From NCBI GenBank assembly GCA_002633005.1, contig NMRA01000189.1:678528-734763 (forward strand): a stretch of DNA of 56,236 nucleotides. Reading direction: 5' to 3'. This DNA is from Phoronis australis (Eukaryota > Animalia > Phoronida). This document shows, in pieces, positions 50,134 through 56,236 of this stretch (positions are counted from its first letter, which is position 1; every line of letters starts with the position of its first letter). Under the pieces are notes generated by a model, which was given only the letters and a program-made list of their open reading frames with translations, had not been told where the DNA came from and searched no databases. Position numbers and translations under genes: made by a program.

Positions 50134-53100
50134 CTACCGTAAAAAAGAATTGAAGCACTGAGAAATCTGCCATCAACTTGGCTAACAACAACATTTTGGA
50201 CGAGTTGAACAACCCGTCGAAGTGATGGCTTTTGGAATATTATTTCTTGCTAATGCCATGACTTATGCTGTATATTTGGGGATAACAATCAATTCGATCA
50301 CGGGTGGCTGGGTTTCAGACATCGTTTGTGTAGTACACGTATGTAGGTAGTGAGCAAAATAATAGTACGGTTTAAGATCACCTTTATAGTAACCATAGCA
50401 TAGAAATATACTAAACATTTCCAGCTGGTCTTCATCTTATCTTTATCGCAAATGTTATTCGCTGGAAGCGACCTGACACAGCAGCCGAGTTAAAACGCCG
50501 AAACTGAATGAAGCCATGAGTGTATTTAAACGGGTGAAACTAGACTGGCATTCTGCCAATTGGTTATTTCGTGACACTTGTTGTTGACTATCATTTTCTT
50601 AAAACAATATTCTTTCACCGTAACACAGTCATCAAGGACTTTGACTCAGTGGAACAATCACAAATGGAATATCATTTGCTCAATTTTCTAGATATGGCCG
50701 GGGCTAAAATACTATAGAAGGCACGCTCAGTACTTGCTTAAGTAATTCAGTGGTTCTGGACAAGTTCACCGAATACAATGTATGTATGCGTGTGTGAACA
50801 AACGTTTATCACTCAGTTAAGTTCAAAACAATATAGTTGTTTAACTGGTTTGGAAATTTCCTCATCGGGGCGACAGGAAGTGCCTAAGTCAACCTTTGTT
50901 TCTGGTCCAACGTAAATGGTTTTCAACTTCAAATAAGGAGACGCCAACAGCAACATCGAAACCCCAAAGTACAAGAGGAATAGAACAAGTTAAGTAGTCA
51001 AAACGTGTCAAAGAACATCCAAAGTATTACCGCTACGAGTTCGTCCATACTCGCTGCCAAAATACAGTGAACTGGATTTGTAAGGGTTTTTCCAAAGTGC
51101 TTTTAATAGCTTTTCAAATTACGTCATTATGTTTCCATTTCTATCCGCTAGGGGATTCACGTCAGATGTCAAGCAGTATGTTCCGTTGACCAAGATATTC
51201 GCATGCAAATTTGTAGCGACTGTAAATGTCGACTGTGAAGGGACCAGGCAAAAAGAATACAGCTGTACTCGGAACGTTGAGGTAAGACTGTTGTCCAGGG
51301 GGACTGGTGTAAGGGACATGACTGATGTGTGTAACTTGCATGCCCTTGTCCGGACTGCTCCGCAGCGAAACCCCGAAAGCCAACTTGTAGGATTCGCGTT
51401 TATTACCGAATTCTCTAAATGGATGGTTTTCAATTTTGCAGTTGAACTTCAAGAGAGGGCGTCATATTTTAACGAGTTTTGTGGTAAACAATATTCCAAA
51501 ATGGTTGTTACAGCGTGGCTGAGAAATTAGACGTATTGATTCGAATAAATTTTTAGTTTTTTAAAATTTACAACGAAAAGTATAATTATCATGCTAACAT
51601 TCTAACATGGAATATTTTTATTGTGGTGACCATGAGTGCCGGGGTAACCATAATTCCCAAGGCGCCGTATTCAGCCCCGGTCGTCGCTGAGCCGCCGACC
51701 GGGGGCCCCGTGATCATAGGATCTATTTTACACGAGGAGGTAGATGAAATAATAAAAACAAAACTTGAACTATCTTTGATTAAGAGGCTTCCACGATATC
51801 GAAAAATACACAGGAAGAATGGTGTGAGAAGAAAATGTCTAGTGCTGACCTGTGGTCAATTAGACAATGTTGGGCGTCCCAATGGCGGAGATAATGAGTA
51901 CTTATTTTTATTGTGTTTTGCAGCGAGGGTATTCATTTGCACGGATAAATCCGAACATATTTAAAGCGGATGTAGGCCTAAGTCTGCGCTCCGGCCAGGA
52001 AGCGAACTTTTAATTGAGACTACTTACCGCAATAACGCGTCTTTCAAATTGTTCTTCCCTCGGGTGAAAAGTGATTTCTGAACTTGCAAAGAATTGTCAG
52101 TTCATTATTTGTTGAGACCACGCTCCGTACATAACTTGACACATTGTGGCATGGTTCATATGAATCAATAATAAATTGTAAGCTCTGTCGAGCCCTTGGC
52201 ATCATATCCACGTTGATTAAGAAACAATGAAAGGCGAATTTCACAATGGTAAGTGCTCTTAATAAAAAAATGTTTGTTGCCAGGCAGACGAAATAGAGAG
52301 ATTTTATGCCGTTCGGCATGGCCCCGACTCTTGTGGCAAAATGGCAAATACATTACTATAAGCTAAATCGTTAAACTGAAAACGTGCATTTACAAAAACT
52401 GACTGACTTTTGACTGACTTTTAACGTAAACGAAGCCTAACGACCACTCGGGAGACCCTATCCCTGAAAAAAATTAATACCTCGTGTCTCCAAAAGTGGC
52501 GCCATGGGCAATTGTTCAACAAATTTTCCGATGTGAATACATACATTGTGCATTCGCAGCCGGCCTCTGTCGTTTATGCCTACATGTATGAGCGTACATA
52601 CATATATGTAGCAAAAATCTTAATGCTCTTCATTGATTGAGAAAGGGTGAGTTAAGACCACTGTCATTATAACTGGGATCAGTTTCAAAAAAGTTTTTCT
52701 GTCTTAACCTAGCCCGAATTTGATTTTAACTTAAACAAATTTTTGGCCTAAGTCTTAGTCAGTTATCATGAAACGTGTCCCTCCCTCGTCTCATGCTTTT
52801 CCTTCCTTACATTCATCTTTAGAAGGACGTAGGCCTACAGTACAGTTCATTATTGCTTAAAGGCCAATTGCACTGCTCCGACCGGATTTTCAAACGTGTT
52901 CTATTATAACCAATTTTAATTCAAACAAACGGTAGCAATTCAACGACGTTGCCTTGGATGAGTGATACACTTGTGAGTAAAATATTTTGGACATGGTTTA
53001 CAGTTGCATGCCTCCGTCTACCATTCAGTAGGTTATCTTATTGAAGAACGTTAACTTAAAATCAATTACCAGAAAAACTAGGCTGTGTCAACCCGTAAAA

Positions 53101-55780
53101 GTGCACATCTTCTGACCGAAGAAAGATTAGTGATTTCAAAAAGCACACATTATATTTACGCGATATTGTTATTCTATTTTGGTCAACCCTCAAAGTCAAA
53201 TTTTCATTTCTAATAAAGGTACAATTATAGCACATGACACCTGCTTAGGGTTAGCGCCAAGCATGAAATCACGAAATTATAAACAAGTATCGACGAACTT
53301 ACTAAAAAACAGAAAAAAGATAAACAGGAGATAAGTTGGCAACTTAGTAGGCTTGGCTGAATGCGTTGAATGTGGGGATCGCGTTTGTAAACTAACACGC
53401 CTTTTTACTGAGCGTACGAGTTTCAAAGTCAAGAAACGAACTACAACTAGAGCAAGGGACCAACATGACTGCTTTTCTAAAATGGAAAAGTAATTTATAC
53501 CCGTCTTTGAAATTTTAACACCGGTGACGATTTTAAGGAATTAGCGAGTAGGCTTTCTTCAGCATCGTGCGCACGTGCATTAATGTGTGAATCGGTTAGA
53601 ACGGTTTAGTCACAGTCTGGCTTAGGCTTGCTTTGGAGTAAACCCCAAATTTTAGCGTAGATTTTGTCTCATGACACGTTTCATTACCTTATGAGAAGTG
53701 TGTGCACTTGATATATAACATTGCAAAAACATAGATTCAAAACGGTTTTGGGGGGGGGGGATAATTTAGTAGAATTTGTAAATATTGTTAGCAAATCACT
53801 AATTCTTTAATCACGACATTTGAATAACAAACCATTTGCACCACCGACCACCGTTTTGTGGCCGACTACCGTTAATGTACAATTGTAATCGGTAGGTGGC
53901 GCGAGTTAGATTCGGAATTTAAACCTTATCAGCGTTTATATCTGAGCAGTCGGGGGAACGTAACACAAGACGCTTATCAGAGGTATTAGTTGCGAAGACG
54001 TGATCACATTCACTGGATTTTAGTAAGGACTCACACTGAGAATAAGTGAGCTCAATGAACGGCAGTGTACGCCGGACAATGACAAGACAGTGATTTGTGG
54101 TGAGCCACAAGTTCAACAGCGTTCTGTTACTTGTGTATAACAGACTCGTCGGGTAAAGCGGTCAACGTTTCAGCTATTTTTAGAAATGACAAGGTCTTCC
54201 ACATTCGCTGGGCACAAAGCGGAATTCCTGGATGAGGACTGGACATGATACGTCAACTGGAATATGGTACTGCTGCGAATGAAGGTTGTATTTTAATGCA
54301 CCGAACACCTTGTTGGGATTCGGTTTAGAAAGAAGCTCAATGCAAGGCCAATGAGTAACAAGTAGGTCACGGCAGTCATATTGACTTAGAATTTACTAGT
54401 GAATTGCTCGTTGTGGGTTGGGTAGGCCTACTCCTATAAAAGATGCCATGGTATGACATGTTCGGGTCATAATAATCAGTGATTTTTCGCGACGCGTTCC
54501 CTTAGATAATGCCTTTCCCGACAACTTTTCGTTTGTAGGGGTACGGCAGTGTTCCGTTTGAAATCCCTACGAAGAGTTTACTTTGACGGTTCTAATAAAT
54601 GTGTCTGAAGTTGAAATTGCCCAAGATCGCACATGAAGTTAAGTTCTTTAGTGCAGTGCAATTTTTTATGATCCTGGACGTGATTATTTGAGTAAACTTG
54701 TCAAGTTTACATTGTTAGTTCAGACATTCGCAATCCTAAGATCAAGCTGAATGCCAAGTTCAAACACAACATTATGCCATTGTTTGTCTTGGTCTGTGGC
54801 TTTTGGAAAACCCGGGTACCGTCCAAAAACGAGCTTTTGATTTTTACCACTGGTACACTTAACGGTATAAAATTGGTTTTGATACTGTTCATCGCTCAGT
54901 TGAGAACTGAATGATGATTGTTAGACCATACTCAGTGCATAAAATGACACACCGACAAAGTCTTATCTCAAACAATAAGAGACTGTCAGTTCTTTTGAAG
55001 CCCTAGCATCACCTCAGTGATTACACGAAAGGGTTACTTTTTCATAGGGTCTACCTGCTAATGAGTTGCTGTTCTAGTTAAACATTGCAATGAGTGGGAT
55101 TCCTAATGTGTTAACTGCATCCTGGCCGAAAGTGTCGGTGATTATCCCCAGCGCAATGAGTTGACATCAAATGGCATCATCGCGTATGGGTTTGCAATTT
55201 ATTGTATGTGTTGAAGTACGCTTGCAATACATGGTTGCATGCACCAGTGCGTTCGTAAGCATACAGCTAATGCCAATCGGAATGTCGCTAGTTTGTAGAA
55301 AGTTTAGTTCATTTCAAAAATAATCATGGTAAGTTTCCTATATGTATAAAGGGATGCCTTTTCATAAACAATTTCCCAACGAAAGGTTCTTATTTGCAAC
55401 TATATACACAACTATGGAAAGGGCGGGTTTATTAATTGTCAACATTTTAAAAGTGTTATGGCACTGGTGCACCTGTTTTTAACAGCAAGATAATCTTCTG
55501 GGCACAGTTGCATAAAAGTTATTCACCGTATAGCAACAATGGCGTCACATTATCACGTCTCACGTTGTTATTGTTGAACAATGCTCCTGACGTCATTTCT
55601 GCCTTACTAGTTAACAATTCTGCTGTTCAAGAACCCTTACGAAAGGCTTCGCTATTTCTGGAATAATAGCTCATGCACATTAGAGTGACTTTCCAAATGC
55701 AGATGACATTTTCGAAAAAACTTGTGCTAGTTTTGATGACCAAAAGCCTGAAAATTTTGAGACATCCAGTTGAGAAAATA

Positions 55781-55862
55781 GATCAAGATTGAGTCGAATA
55801 TTGGATTAAAAAGTTACTAATTTTTGTAAGTTTTTAATCCAGTATTCGACTCAATCTTGATC
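55781..55862. repeat. 82-bp near-perfect palindrome / hairpin
   Basis: gatcaagattgagtcgaatattggattaaaaa versus tttttaatccagtattcgactcaatcttgatc: 31 of 32 positions complementary. Confidence 0.92.
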
Positions 55863-56163
55863 AGTTTTGATGACCGTTTGGCCACGTTACTATTTTCTTT
55901 TTTTGTAGATTCATTTGGGGGGATGGCATTTTTTGTGTACTATGTCGCCTGTTACCTCCGTTATGTGGCTATTAGGGACTCGGACACTCAAGTGCACGAC
56001 TGGACCTGTATATTTTGATGCACACTATGAATCGCGCTGGCACTGACGTCGTTGTTATAGTACCGAGTCTTAGTTTTGATCGTTTGCTTTACAGTATTGT
56101 TGTGTTAGAATCTGACTACTAAAGGTATTAGTCGAGATCAAACAAGACGTGAATACCACTCAA

Positions 56164-56236
56164 TTTTTATGCGCCCACATATTTATATGTGGACGCATTA
56201 TGCCGTCATCTCTGTCCGTCCGTCCGTCCGTCCGTC
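56164..56236 (+). mobile_element. 5' end of a Helentron-associated (HINE/DINE-1-like) non-autonomous element
   Basis: T-run, then hairpin atgcgcccacata-ttta-tatgtggacgcat (12/13), then (GTCC)n microsatellite running off the window edge. Confidence 0.7.

Noticed and set aside
51119-51964. Overlapping 96-133 aa ORFs
   Set aside because: No recognisable domain, splice structure or TE motif by eye. A BLASTX search would be needed; not supportable now.
52303-52345. FMPFGMAP resembling an LTR reverse-transcriptase motif
   Set aside because: In-frame stop just upstream and no other RT motifs nearby; likely chance.

Overview
AT-rich eukaryotic (probably marine invertebrate) scaffold with three sizeable N-gaps; almost none of the listed ORFs are real genes. 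Contents: (1) an ankyrin-repeat gene built from phase-0 micro-exons, about one repeat per exon, with 8 exons on - (47.6-30.0 kb) and 4 on + (8.6-17.9 kb). It has grown by ~1.4-kb exon+intron cassette duplication and by a larger block duplication, and paralogous exons differ far more than the sampled introns, mostly by amino-acid changes. (2) Two inverted copies of a Kolobok-type DNA transposon (19-bp TIR, TTAA, THAP transposase remnant, KolX/P2X7-ballast-like gene) bracketing 18.4 kb. Flank reconstruction suggests this segment is inverted (real or mis-scaffolded); undoing the inversion puts all 12 ankyrin exons on one strand. (3) A decayed DIRS/Ngaro tyrosine-recombinase retroelement (SGNH-RT-RNaseH-YR) in an intron, plus a partial copy. 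(4) A tRNA-derived SINE, MITEs, long inverted repeats, a near-perfect hairpin and a Helentron-type (HINE) 5' end. 48.8-56 kb has no recognisable coding sequence. All alignments were done by eye, with no database searches.
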